DNA of 64,000 nt from Alphaproteobacteria bacterium (GCA_016764775.1 JAESRE010000014.1:21771-85770), one strand, 5' to 3'. Positions 25,876 to 34,748 are shown, numbered from the stretch's first letter. The notes: generated by a model from the letters alone, not told the origin. Program-made: numbers and translations.

Positions 25876-27952
25876 TTGCCGCCTCTGCTTTCATACGGGC
25901 AAGAAACGCAATGCCTTGTGCCATGCGTTGTTCCCAAGGATCGGCAGACTTAATATCCGGCAACCGGCCACGTTCTTGTTTGAATTTTAATGCCCGTTTA
26001 GAAAGTTCCCGCGCTTCTTCTGCGGATATATTCGGCTTTCTGGCCGATATGACCTCTGCCATAGCTTTTAAGCTTTGTTCGGTCATGGACTTGGCCAGAA
26101 TTGCATAGGCTTCGCTAAACGGGTTTATGCTATCAATCCAATCAACATCCAGGTCACGCACATCCATTGTGAATTTACGCACACCGTCAATCAGGGCGGT
26201 ATTACCCCGACCGCCTAATTCATCATCATTGTTGAGCGTTTCCTTGGCTTTTTGGGTCAGGTTTAAAGCTGCAATTGCGTGTTGGCGCACGGCTTCCTGA
26301 TCGTCTTCATCCAGTTCCGGATATTTGTCTTTTATGATTTTTCCCATACGGAGTTGAGTCAGTTCTTCCGGCACCATTTCTTCATCGAACAAGCCGCGCT
26401 CAATTGCTTGTTTGTCCTGCGCGAAAGCAGCAATAACCTCATTCAAGTCTTCTTGGCAAATGCGCTGTGCATTATCGCTTTTGGGCATAGCCAGCCCTTT
26501 AATCTCAATCTGAAATTCACCGGTATTGTCATTAAAACCAATATTACATTGATCGGGGTCGTAGCCGCCTTCACCGTAATTAAAGTCAGGGTCAGCATCA
26601 TTTTGCGGGTTTTTAGGTACAAAATTGAATTTTGGCGCGAGGACTTGTTCCATAAGCAAGCTTGCGGAAATAGCTTTGAGCGTGTCGTTCACGGCATCGG
26701 TGACGGCATCTTCCGAAGCATCCGGTTCTGCAATCAGGTTTGTAAATCGTGCATGGGTTTTTTCCGGCGCATCCCGTGTGGCGCGGCCAATAATCTGCAC
26801 AATTTCAGTCAGGCTGGAACGATAGCCTACGGTCAAAGCATGTTCACACCAAATCCAGTCAAAGCCCTCTTTGGCCATGCCGAGCGCGATAATAATATCA
26901 ACATGGTCACGGTTCTTTTTGGCTTCCGGCATTTTCAATGCTGCGGAAACCTTATTCCGCTTGCCAGCATCATCCTCGACCAGATCGGCAATACGCAGGG
27001 TTTTACCTTCTGCTGTTTTGACCAAGTGAAAGCCGGTGTCTGGATCAATACCTTGCCAGTCACCGAGTTCATCAATGATATGTTGCACCTCTTTGATCTT
27101 GTCGCCCATACTTTCACGGGAATTGACGTTCGGAATATGAATGATGGTTTTTTCGTTCGGATTCAGAACGCTTAAAATTTCATCGGCATATGCACCGCTA
27201 TAAAAATAATAGCCGATATTCAGGGTTTTCAGATATTCATAGCCGTTGAGCTGCTCGTAATAGGTATAAGTAACCGTATCAAATTTTGCTTCATCTTCCG
27301 GCATGAGAACGGGGTTTGCATCTCCGCGAAAGTAAGAGCCGGTCATAGCCACGATATGCACCTTATCCCGTGCAACCAGTTGCTTGATCTGCGATCCAAG
27401 CACGTTATCTTCATCCGCACTGACATGGTGAAATTCGTCAATCGCAATGAGCCGGTCGTCAAAAGCCTCTACCCCGAAACGCTCGATTGCAAAGCGGAAT
27501 GTGGAATGTGTGCAAACCAGCACCTTGTCTTCGCTTTCAAGGAACGACTTGACCGAATTGACCTTGCTGCCATCTTCGCCAGGCGCGTTGCACAAATTCC
27601 ACTTTGGCTCTAAATGCCAGTCATAATAAAAGCCGAATTTTGTAAGCGGTTCATCGGCAAAGCTTGAGCCGATAGACTTTTCCGGCACGGCGATAATGGC
27701 CTGTTTCACGCCTTGGTTTTCCAGCTTATCAAGGGCTATAAACATAAGCGCACGGCTCTTACCGGAGGCCGGAGGCGACTTAATCAGCAAATATTGTTCA
27801 CCGCGCTTTTCATAGGCGCGTTCCTGCATCGGGCGCATACCCAACTCATTCGATGTGGTCGAGCTACCAGTGCTTTTATAATTAACGGTAACGGATGGTA
27901 TGGCTTTATTTTCAGTCATAATAGTTTCTATAGCTCCTAAATTACTAAACAA
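25868..27952 (-). CDS. SF2 (DEAD/DEAH-like) helicase
   Basis: 694 aa with motif I SPPASGKS, motif II AIDEFHH, motif III MTGS and motif VI QIIGRATR. The track start is a TTG overlapping the upstream stop; the ATG at 27919 is an alternative. Confidence 0.8.
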   Translation of the reverse strand: MFSNLGAIETIMTENKAIPSVTVNYKSTGSSTTSNELGMRPMQERAYEKRGEQYLLIKSPPASGKSRALMFIALDKLENQGVKQAIIAVPEKSIGSSFADEPLTKFGFYYDWHLEPKWNLCNAPGEDGSKVNSVKSFLESEDKVLVCTHSTFRFAIERFGVEAFDDRLIAIDEFHHVSADEDNVLGSQIKQLVARDKVHIVAMTGSYFRGDANPVLMPEDEAKFDTVTYTYYEQLNGYEYLKTLNIGYYFYSGAYADEILSVLNPNEKTIIHIPNVNSRESMGDKIKEVQHIIDELGDWQGIDPDTGFHLVKTAEGKTLRIADLVEDDAGKRNKVSAALKMPEAKKNRDHVDIIIALGMAKEGFDWIWCEHALTVGYRSSLTEIVQIIGRATRDAPEKTHARFTNLIAEPDASEDAVTDAVNDTLKAISASLLMEQVLAPKFNFVPKNPQNDADPDFNYGEGGYDPDQCNIGFNDNTGEFQIEIKGLAMPKSDNAQRICQEDLNEVIAAFAQDKQAIERGLFDEEMVPEELTQLRMGKIIKDKYPELDEDDQEAVRQHAIAALNLTQKAKETLNNDDELGGRGNTALIDGVRKFTMDVRDLDVDWIDSINPFSEAYAILAKSMTEQSLKAMAEVISARKPNISAEEARELSKRALKFKQERGRLPDIKSADPWEQRMAQGIAFLARMKAEAANG

Positions 27953-28625
27953 TGGATGGTATATCGCACCATTTGTTGTTCAAAATATTCTCAATTAGCA
28001 AATCCTTTGGATAAACACCTACGATGCCTTGCTTACTTTTTGGTTCAAAACCCACAAGAACCCATAACATGGGCTTGCCAGTGTAAAACTCATCTCCAAA
28101 ATCAAAGAAAACTCTAGAATTGGCCTCTGACCAATTGTGCATTATTCGGCTTTTTCCTAACCACTTGAATGAATGCGCTTGTGGCCCGTCAGCATTGATA
28201 GGTTTTCTACTCAAGCCCATGTTGAAATAGTTAACATCTAAGTCATTTCTAAGGCCATCAACTATCCATATCATGTTTTTATAAAAAGCTTCCCGCGCCC
28301 TCATTTCTTCAAGACGCATCGGAGAATGTTGAAATTCTATAGTAAAACCATCCGGTGTTTTCACGTCCGCGATATGACGTTCTCCTGTCATATCATCAAA
28401 TGCAGAAATTTCCTGCCAATCTACTGGAAACTTATTTTTCCAGTTTCGATGCCACACGGTTTCATTTTCCCACCATGGATCACAAACTTCTCGTGATTTA
28501 TGCGCCCAGTGCCAGACTTTAGTTCTTCCACATTTTGAAATCATAACTTCACCGCAGTGGGGACAAACACCATGTAATTTAGGCTGTGGCTCGACTTTTA
28601 CATTATCTACCAAGGCAAATCTCAT
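27945..28625 (-). CDS. CoiA-like family protein (predicted PD-(D/E)xK-type nuclease with N-terminal zinc ribbon)
   Basis: 226 aa with CPHCGEVMISKCG..WHWAHK, WENETVWHRNWKNKF and GERHIADVKTPDGFTIEFQHS. ATGA overlap with the methyltransferase gene. Confidence 0.65.
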   Translation of the reverse strand: MRFALVDNVKVEPQPKLHGVCPHCGEVMISKCGRTKVWHWAHKSREVCDPWWENETVWHRNWKNKFPVDWQEISAFDDMTGERHIADVKTPDGFTIEFQHSPMRLEEMRAREAFYKNMIWIVDGLRNDLDVNYFNMGLSRKPINADGPQAHSFKWLGKSRIMHNWSEANSRVFFDFGDEFYTGKPMLWVLVGFEPKSKQGIVGVYPKDLLIENILNNKWCDIPSIV

Positions 28626-31378
28626 GCGGCTTTCCCCTTGGTTGTCATTTGCGTATATAGATCGAAGAGTTTTTCGAGGCGTTCGGTGTCATTTTTGAAC
28701 CGGCGGCCAATGTAAATGCGTTCCAGCACTTCGTCATTGCGGTCATGGGCGCGGCGCAAATCTTCTGGCATATTTTCTGCATCATAAAGATCGGCAATAG
28801 TGGCCGGAAAATGCCGCTCACGGGCAATAAGTATTTCTTCGGCACAGGCTGTTAAATCTTCCCTATTTTTCTCAGTAAAAGGCGGGGTGGGGAAAGTATT
28901 CCATGCCAAGGTGTTCGTAAATCGATAGCGCATTTCCATGCGTGAACATACAGTTGCAACCCAAACAAGATTCATGCGAGATGCAATAAGAGATAGAACC
29001 CAGAGATCATTGCAAGGCATACTGAAAGAAGAGTTAGAAACTGCGGTTTCTGCTTGTAATAGTCCAACCGGTAAATATTCTCTATTTTCTGAACTTGTTA
29101 CTGGTACACAAATTGATGGTTCAGATGGAAGTGGTTTACGTTCATCAAATCTATGAGGCCATTCAGCCGCAGCCACAGTAGCTTTTTTGCTGCTTTGAAG
29201 GCGAAAATCCCTCACCGCTCGAATTCTCTGGTTTAGAGTTTCAATATCTGCCGCTTCGTCAATATCTTCATCATTTATCCAGATACAATATCTGTAGATA
29301 CCATAAATAAGCTCGTTTGAGCCTACAAATGGACGTATATATTTTTCTGTTTGCGCCGGTGTAAGTTTTAAATCTTTTAATTCATGTGATTCTAGGAGCA
29401 AATGGCCACCATCAGTGGGAGAATTTCCTCGGCTAAATTCTGGCAATTTACTAATATGACTTCTGCTTCCCTCTACAATAGTGTTTTTTCCGGCCACCAA
29501 GTATGGGTTAATGTTATCGACCGAGCGAGATACAGTTTGGCCGGTGTGATCTAAGTAATATAACTTTTTCTTCTGTCCTGATTTGTTAGAAATTCCAATT
29601 ATAACAACGGTTACACCAGCATTGTGACTGGCTAAATTCGCCCATTTGAAAGAAGTATGTGCAAAAGAAATTTCATGGCCAGAATTAAGAATTAAAGGCC
29701 ACAATAAAGGGACTTGTTGTCCTTGACAAATCGAGTTAGTGGACACGAAAGCGGAAGCTGCATTTGTGTGTTGGCCAAATTCCACGGCCTTCATAAACCA
29801 GCCAGCTACATAGTCTAAAGGCTTCCATCCAGAAATGTATCTTTCAAAGATATTTTTAAGATCGTTCTTATGATGATTTTTTTGTTTTTTACTTCCTAAG
29901 TATGGTGGATTTCCACATATATAGGTTTCACCACCTTCATTCTCAAAATCAATTTCTGATTGATCTAAAGGCGTGTTGAATAAATCATCGCCATGAAGTT
30001 TAACACTTGTGCCGGTTGGTGGGCAGACAGAAAGCCAGTTAATTTGTAATGCATTTCCGCATGTAATCCAATTTTGGGCATTGAGCGGTAAAAATTCTGC
30101 CAAGGCCAATTTTTGGCCTCGATACAGAACGTCACACTGATACTCGGCAATAATAAGGGCAAGCCGCGCCACTTCTGCGGAAAAATCCCGTAATTCAATG
30201 CCCCTGAAATTGGTTAGGGGTATTTCGGTAGATAAGTCACTCTCCCCGCGCCGTTTGTTGATTTCGGCTTCGATTTCCCGCATTTGCTTGTACGCAATCA
30301 CAAGAAAGTTGCCAGAGCCACAGGCCGGATCAAACACGCGAATGCGCGATATGCGCTTGCGCAGGTTCAAAAGCTTTCTGGCATTGTCACCGGCTTCTTC
30401 GAGCTGCGCCCGAAGATCATCAAGGAATAGCGGGTTTAAGACTTTCAGGATATTCGGCACGGACGTATAGTGCATCCCCAATGCGCCGCGTTCATCTTCA
30501 TCGGCTACGGCCTGAATCATCGAGCCGAAAATGTCCGGATTGATTTGTTTCCAATCCAGATTTCCTACTTGGAATAAATACGCGCGCGCAATTTTTGTGA
30601 ATTTAGGCACTTCTGTTGAACCGGAAAACAACTCTCCGTTTACATACGGAAAATCTTTCGCCCAATTTTTGATATTCTTTTCAGGTCGTTCTTCCCTTTT
30701 TGTATCCATCGCGCGGAATAGTTCGCTTATAACCTCATGCGCATCAGACGCATCACCGGCACTCATTTTTTGCACGGTTGCGGTGAAAAGATTATCGCCC
30801 ACGAAAATATCAGTATCTTCGGCAAAGAAACAGAAGATTAAACGTGCCAGGAAATGGTTCATGTCATGACGGCGTTCTTCTGTCGCCCAATCTGGATTAT
30901 GGCGCAGTAATTCAATGTATAGCTTGTTCAGGCGGCTTGTGGCCTTAATATCAAAGGCGTTTTCACGAATTTGTTTGACGGTGCTTATACCGGCCAAAGG
31001 CAGGAAGAAGCCAAAATGGTCATGAAAATCCGGATAATTACATGCGACCGTTTCACCGCTGTTGATGTCCTCGGCTTGAAATTCCTTGCCATCCGTGGCA
31101 AGAATGAATTTGGCTTTTTGCTTTACTGTGGCGGGGCTTTCTTTCAGGGCGGCCAAAGAATCTGCGACCGTACCCTCTTCACATACCAGCATATGAATGT
31201 TGTTGCGTTGAAGAATCCCGCCTTCAATATCCGATTTGTTGGATGTGCCTTTTCTGAGTTGCTTGAGAGTAGTGGCTTTGTTTCCGAAAGCCTCCAAAAA
31301 CGCATACGGAAATTCAGCCGGATCAAAGGGCTGTTCGGCTAATAAGGATATGGCTTCTTCTATTTCTACTGCGTTCAC
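28622..31378 (-). CDS. MmeI/PglX/YeeA-family gamma-class N6-adenine DNA methyltransferase (type IIG/IIL-like architecture)
   Basis: 918 aa. Helical spacer FLARLIFCFFAEDTDIF, PYVNGELF, GMHYTSVPNILKVLNPLFLDDL. Motif I VFDPACGSGNFLV at about aa 348-360; motif IV GNPPYLGSKKQ. Long C-terminal TRD-like region. Confidence 0.85.
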   Translation of the reverse strand: MNAVEIEEAISLLAEQPFDPAEFPYAFLEAFGNKATTLKQLRKGTSNKSDIEGGILQRNNIHMLVCEEGTVADSLAALKESPATVKQKAKFILATDGKEFQAEDINSGETVACNYPDFHDHFGFFLPLAGISTVKQIRENAFDIKATSRLNKLYIELLRHNPDWATEERRHDMNHFLARLIFCFFAEDTDIFVGDNLFTATVQKMSAGDASDAHEVISELFRAMDTKREERPEKNIKNWAKDFPYVNGELFSGSTEVPKFTKIARAYLFQVGNLDWKQINPDIFGSMIQAVADEDERGALGMHYTSVPNILKVLNPLFLDDLRAQLEEAGDNARKLLNLRKRISRIRVFDPACGSGNFLVIAYKQMREIEAEINKRRGESDLSTEIPLTNFRGIELRDFSAEVARLALIIAEYQCDVLYRGQKLALAEFLPLNAQNWITCGNALQINWLSVCPPTGTSVKLHGDDLFNTPLDQSEIDFENEGGETYICGNPPYLGSKKQKNHHKNDLKNIFERYISGWKPLDYVAGWFMKAVEFGQHTNAASAFVSTNSICQGQQVPLLWPLILNSGHEISFAHTSFKWANLASHNAGVTVVIIGISNKSGQKKKLYYLDHTGQTVSRSVDNINPYLVAGKNTIVEGSRSHISKLPEFSRGNSPTDGGHLLLESHELKDLKLTPAQTEKYIRPFVGSNELIYGIYRYCIWINDEDIDEAADIETLNQRIRAVRDFRLQSSKKATVAAAEWPHRFDERKPLPSEPSICVPVTSSENREYLPVGLLQAETAVSNSSFSMPCNDLWVLSLIASRMNLVWVATVCSRMEMRYRFTNTLAWNTFPTPPFTEKNREDLTACAEEILIARERHFPATIADLYDAENMPEDLRRAHDRNDEVLERIYIGRRFKNDTERLEKLFDLYTQMTTKGKAA

Positions 31379-31397
31379 TGATTACCCAAGATTTTAT

Positions 31398-32453
31398 TCA
31401 TAACGTATACCATGTTGCCCGTGCTTTGCCGTGGCGTTTGATGCGTCCGGCCTCGACTAACTCGCGCAAGCGCACTTTTAACGTGTTCTGATTTGCGCCT
31501 GTATGTTCTACAATTTCTGAAATTCCCAAGCGTTCATGCTCTTTGAGCAATTTCAATATTTGCAATGATAGTTCCGGCACGGCCGCATCGCCTTCCTGTT
31601 CTGACTTTTCCTTATCAAGCTTTCTTTGCAACTGGTCTTTCTGCTTTTTCAGGCAGCGCAGGAAAAAACCAATCCACGGCTCCCAATCATGATTTTCAGA
31701 TTTTAGAGATTTTTGCGTCCGGCGTAATGCTTTGTAATAAAGGTCTTTGTTTTCTTCAATAATGCGCTCCATAGACGCATATGGCACATAGGCGTATCCG
31801 GCGCGTAACATCATAAGAGTTGTTAAAATACGTGATAATCTACCGTTACCATCTTGAAATGGGTGTATCGCCAAAAACACAACGATGAATACGGCAACGA
31901 TCAGCAACGGATGCATGGCTTCTTCATCTATGGCTTTATTCAGCCAGTGAACCAGTTCTTCCATTTCGCGCGGCGTATCAAACGGCGTTGTGGTTTCAAA
32001 AACAACCCCGATTTCTTTGCCATCTGCACTTTTTGCAACGACATGATTATCCAGTTTTTTATAATCGCCACGATGCCGCTCGTCTTTGGCGCTGTGCTTG
32101 AGCAAAACTTGGTGAAGTTGGCGAATATGATTTTCAGTGATCCGCATATCATCGAATGCCTGAAACACTAAATCCATGCTTTCCGCATATCCGGCAACTT
32201 CCTGTTCGTCCCTGCTTTCAAACGATGTGCTTTGCAGGTTGGAAAGTAACGTTTCAACTTGCATGTCTGTGAGGGTTGCACCCTCAATACGCGTTGAAGA
32301 GCCTATGCTTTCAATCGTAGCAATTTTTCGCAATGCGTTTAGGCGTTCTGGCGATAAGTTCTTCAATGCCTCCCATTTGCCCTTAAATTCGTCAATCTCT
32401 GCAATAAGCTTAACGAGGTCTTGGGTGAGCGATATTTTCGGGTCTGTAATCAT
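31398..32453 (-). CDS. Fic family protein with C-terminal winged-helix domain
   Basis: 351 aa. Fic motif HPFQDGNGRLSR; N-terminal inhibitory-type motif STRIEG, matching (S/T)xxxE(G/N). C-terminal wHTH-like LGISEIVEHTGANQNTLKVRLRELVEAGRI. Confidence 0.85.
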   Translation of the reverse strand: MITDPKISLTQDLVKLIAEIDEFKGKWEALKNLSPERLNALRKIATIESIGSSTRIEGATLTDMQVETLLSNLQSTSFESRDEQEVAGYAESMDLVFQAFDDMRITENHIRQLHQVLLKHSAKDERHRGDYKKLDNHVVAKSADGKEIGVVFETTTPFDTPREMEELVHWLNKAIDEEAMHPLLIVAVFIVVFLAIHPFQDGNGRLSRILTTLMMLRAGYAYVPYASMERIIEENKDLYYKALRRTQKSLKSENHDWEPWIGFFLRCLKKQKDQLQRKLDKEKSEQEGDAAVPELSLQILKLLKEHERLGISEIVEHTGANQNTLKVRLRELVEAGRIKRHGKARATWYTL

Positions 32454-32527
32454 AGCTATATCCGATTCAATACCCGATTATACCCGATAATATCTGATTG
32501 GCTACTCCCTAATATAAAAACGCTATT

Positions 32528-32860
32528 TCATTTTTTAGGAAATGGACCGATATCTACGCGAATATTATCATCTATTTTGGTCATTTTTATATATCCGTTA
32601 TCTTCCAAAATTTTGAGGTTTTGCTTTACTGATTTCCAATGTTTGTAATGAGTAAAGCTGGGGTCTTTGTCTTTTATAGTGCAATACAGTCTTCTCTTTT
32701 CATGTGAGTAAATACTGATGGCGATAAGATTGAGAGCAAATGTAATCATATTTCCCGGCAAATCGCTTGAGCGGTTTATCGGCAATACAAAATCACTTTG
32801 TAGTTCCACAATATATTCTTCTTCACCCTTCGGAACGTTGGATGTAACACCATAAAGCAT
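32528..32860 (-). CDS. hypothetical 110-aa protein with a possible C-terminal winged-helix
   Basis: The ATG directly abuts the stop of the upstream ORF. WKSVKQNLKILEDNGYIKMTKID is wHTH-like. AT-rich. Confidence 0.4.
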   Translation of the reverse strand: MLYGVTSNVPKGEEEYIVELQSDFVLPINRSSDLPGNMITFALNLIAISIYSHEKRRLYCTIKDKDPSFTHYKHWKSVKQNLKILEDNGYIKMTKIDDNIRVDIGPFPKK

Positions 32861-33283
32861 TTATGCCTCCTCTTTTATGTTTGGTATTTCAAAAGGAACG
32901 CTTTCAATTATGAAATCCAATATCTCCGAAGCAATCATGCTGTAGAGCAACCACTCCGCAAATACGAAGAAAATAGCCATGAGATTGAACGAGAATAAAA
33001 CGGCTATAACGACACATACGCGATTGTAGAAATATCTGGCACAGAATACCGCTATCGCCTTCAGGCAGCTCCATATCACTTTCAAAGCATGCTTTATGAT
33101 GCGTTTTTTAGTGCGCGTTTCCTCTAGCTGCCCAGTGTCATTGACAGTCGCAGATAATTTTTCTGGATTTTCTATTGTTACGAACCTTTTGTCTGTTGAA
33201 CGAAAACGGCTCCTGAGCACTTGCTCTGGAGCCGAGGAGTTCGTAACCGCACTAGGTACGGTGCAGCGTATTCCAGCTTTCAC
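32861..33283 (-). CDS. hypothetical membrane protein (start uncertain)
   Basis: 140-aa ORF with two hydrophobic helices in its C-terminal half (AIAVFCARYF..VCVVIAVLFSFNLMAIFFVFAEWLLYSMI). Confidence 0.35.
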   Translation of the reverse strand: MKAGIRCTVPSAVTNSSAPEQVLRSRFRSTDKRFVTIENPEKLSATVNDTGQLEETRTKKRIIKHALKVIWSCLKAIAVFCARYFYNRVCVVIAVLFSFNLMAIFFVFAEWLLYSMIASEILDFIIESVPFEIPNIKEEA

Positions 33284-33446
33284 CGTATTATATTTCGCTG
33301 CCTCCTCGACAAACGAGAAAGCAGCATCATCTTTATCGGCCTGATGCTGATTAGGCCGCCTAGTAGAGGTTACGACACCTCAGAGTTCAAACCTGAACTC
33401 ATAACTCAAGGCTATGGCATATCCTTTAAGTCGTCAATTCCAAGAC

Positions 33447-34535
33447 TTATTCAGCCGGAAGCTGTTCAGAAGTTTTTGCTCCAAACATTTTAGTATTCAT
33501 GCTAGCAACAACTTTTTTAGTGTGCGCTTCGGATAAATGGGAATAACGCCTGACCATCTGTAGGGTTTTATGCCCCAATATCTCGGCTATATCTGTCGCA
33601 CTTGCGCCATCCATCGCTAAATATGAGGCCGCAGTATGGCGTAAATCATGAAAACGAAAGTCTTCAATCTTTGCCTGTTTAATTGCTTTCATCCATGATT
33701 TTTTAATGTCCCGAAGCGGTACGTCATAGTTCAAGCTGGGGAACAGATAATCACTGAAAATCACGCGGTTTTTAAACAGTTCGCAAAGGAGATCATACGC
33801 ATGCCCCTCAAGAGGCAAACTGCGTTGATCTCCGTTCTTGGTTTCATCAAGACGGATCGCTCCGCGCTCAAAATCTACGTTATCCCATTTTAATGTTAGG
33901 ATTTCAGTTTTTCGAGCGCCAGTACTTAACGCAAGCACAACAATGAAATAGAGGTATTTGTTTTCACTTTTCTTACAGGCGGCTAAAAGGCGCTTGATTT
34001 CGTTTTCTGATAAAAAGCGTGTGCGGCCTCTATTTTCCTGTAGTCGACTGACACGCATAGTTGGATTATCAGATAACCATTCCCACTCTTTGACAGCTAC
34101 GGAATAGACATGGCTTAGGGCTGCCAAATATCTGTTCACTGTCGCGCGGCTTCGAATACCGCGCGTTGTTTTTCCTGTTGAAAGCTCATTCTTGATCGCG
34201 TTGATGTTGGATGATCCGACATCATTTAGTGTTATATGCCCAAGCTTTTCCTTCCAGTATTCAAGCTGCTGAGTTTGTGTTTTCATCGACTTGGGTTTGA
34301 GCGGCATGATCTCTTCCAAGTATCGATCAATCATGTCGCCAAATGTCTTTTTCTTTGATTGTGTGTTGGTAAAATAGCGTCCTTCATGGATTGCAGATTC
34401 AGTCGATTGCGCCCATTTCTTAGCATCCGTTTTGCGCTTAAAAGTTGCCGTTTGAACCGGATAACCTTTTATGCGAACCTTCACGCGAAATGTCGTTTCA
34501 CCTTTTGAATTTTGGCGTTCTTCTATAGCTGGCAT
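33447..34535 (-). CDS. int: tyrosine-type site-specific integrase
   Basis: Start taken at the ATG behind AAGGAGG (MPAIEERQ..), giving 362 aa. Catalytic residues lie in TGARKTE, HDLRHTAAS and LGHKTLQMVRRYSHL. The gene is adjacent to the tRNA 3' end. Confidence 0.9.
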   Translation of the reverse strand: MPAIEERQNSKGETTFRVKVRIKGYPVQTATFKRKTDAKKWAQSTESAIHEGRYFTNTQSKKKTFGDMIDRYLEEIMPLKPKSMKTQTQQLEYWKEKLGHITLNDVGSSNINAIKNELSTGKTTRGIRSRATVNRYLAALSHVYSVAVKEWEWLSDNPTMRVSRLQENRGRTRFLSENEIKRLLAACKKSENKYLYFIVVLALSTGARKTEILTLKWDNVDFERGAIRLDETKNGDQRSLPLEGHAYDLLCELFKNRVIFSDYLFPSLNYDVPLRDIKKSWMKAIKQAKIEDFRFHDLRHTAASYLAMDGASATDIAEILGHKTLQMVRRYSHLSEAHTKKVVASMNTKMFGAKTSEQLPAE

Positions 34536-34680
34536 TTTTTCCTCCTTAATATGTTTAGGATAACGCAATCGCGTTAACCTTTTGAAAACAAAGAATTAAG
34601 AGAAGGTGAGGAAAGTTTATCTGGCGTGTTTTCTACGGTCAAAATCACCGAAAACCGCATTAACTCTATCTTTACGCGCT

Positions 34681-34702
34681 CAAGTGTCCCATGAGTGTCC
34701 CA
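34681..34702 (+). repeat. 22-bp repeat caaGTGTCCCAtgaGTGTCCCA (copy 2), candidate recombinase arm site
   Basis: Identical to 19712-19733. Lies 46 bp inside attR, between the integrase gene and the tRNA. Confidence 0.6.
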
Positions 34703-34748
34703 AGAACACAAAAGCCACCTTTGAGAGGTGGCTAAGTCATTGAAATTA

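Noticed and set aside
26279-27175. 298-aa plus-strand ORF inside the helicase gene
   Set aside because: It is antisense to an ORF that carries all the SF2 motifs. The translation is Phe/Ile/Asn-rich with no motif, and it has no RBS.
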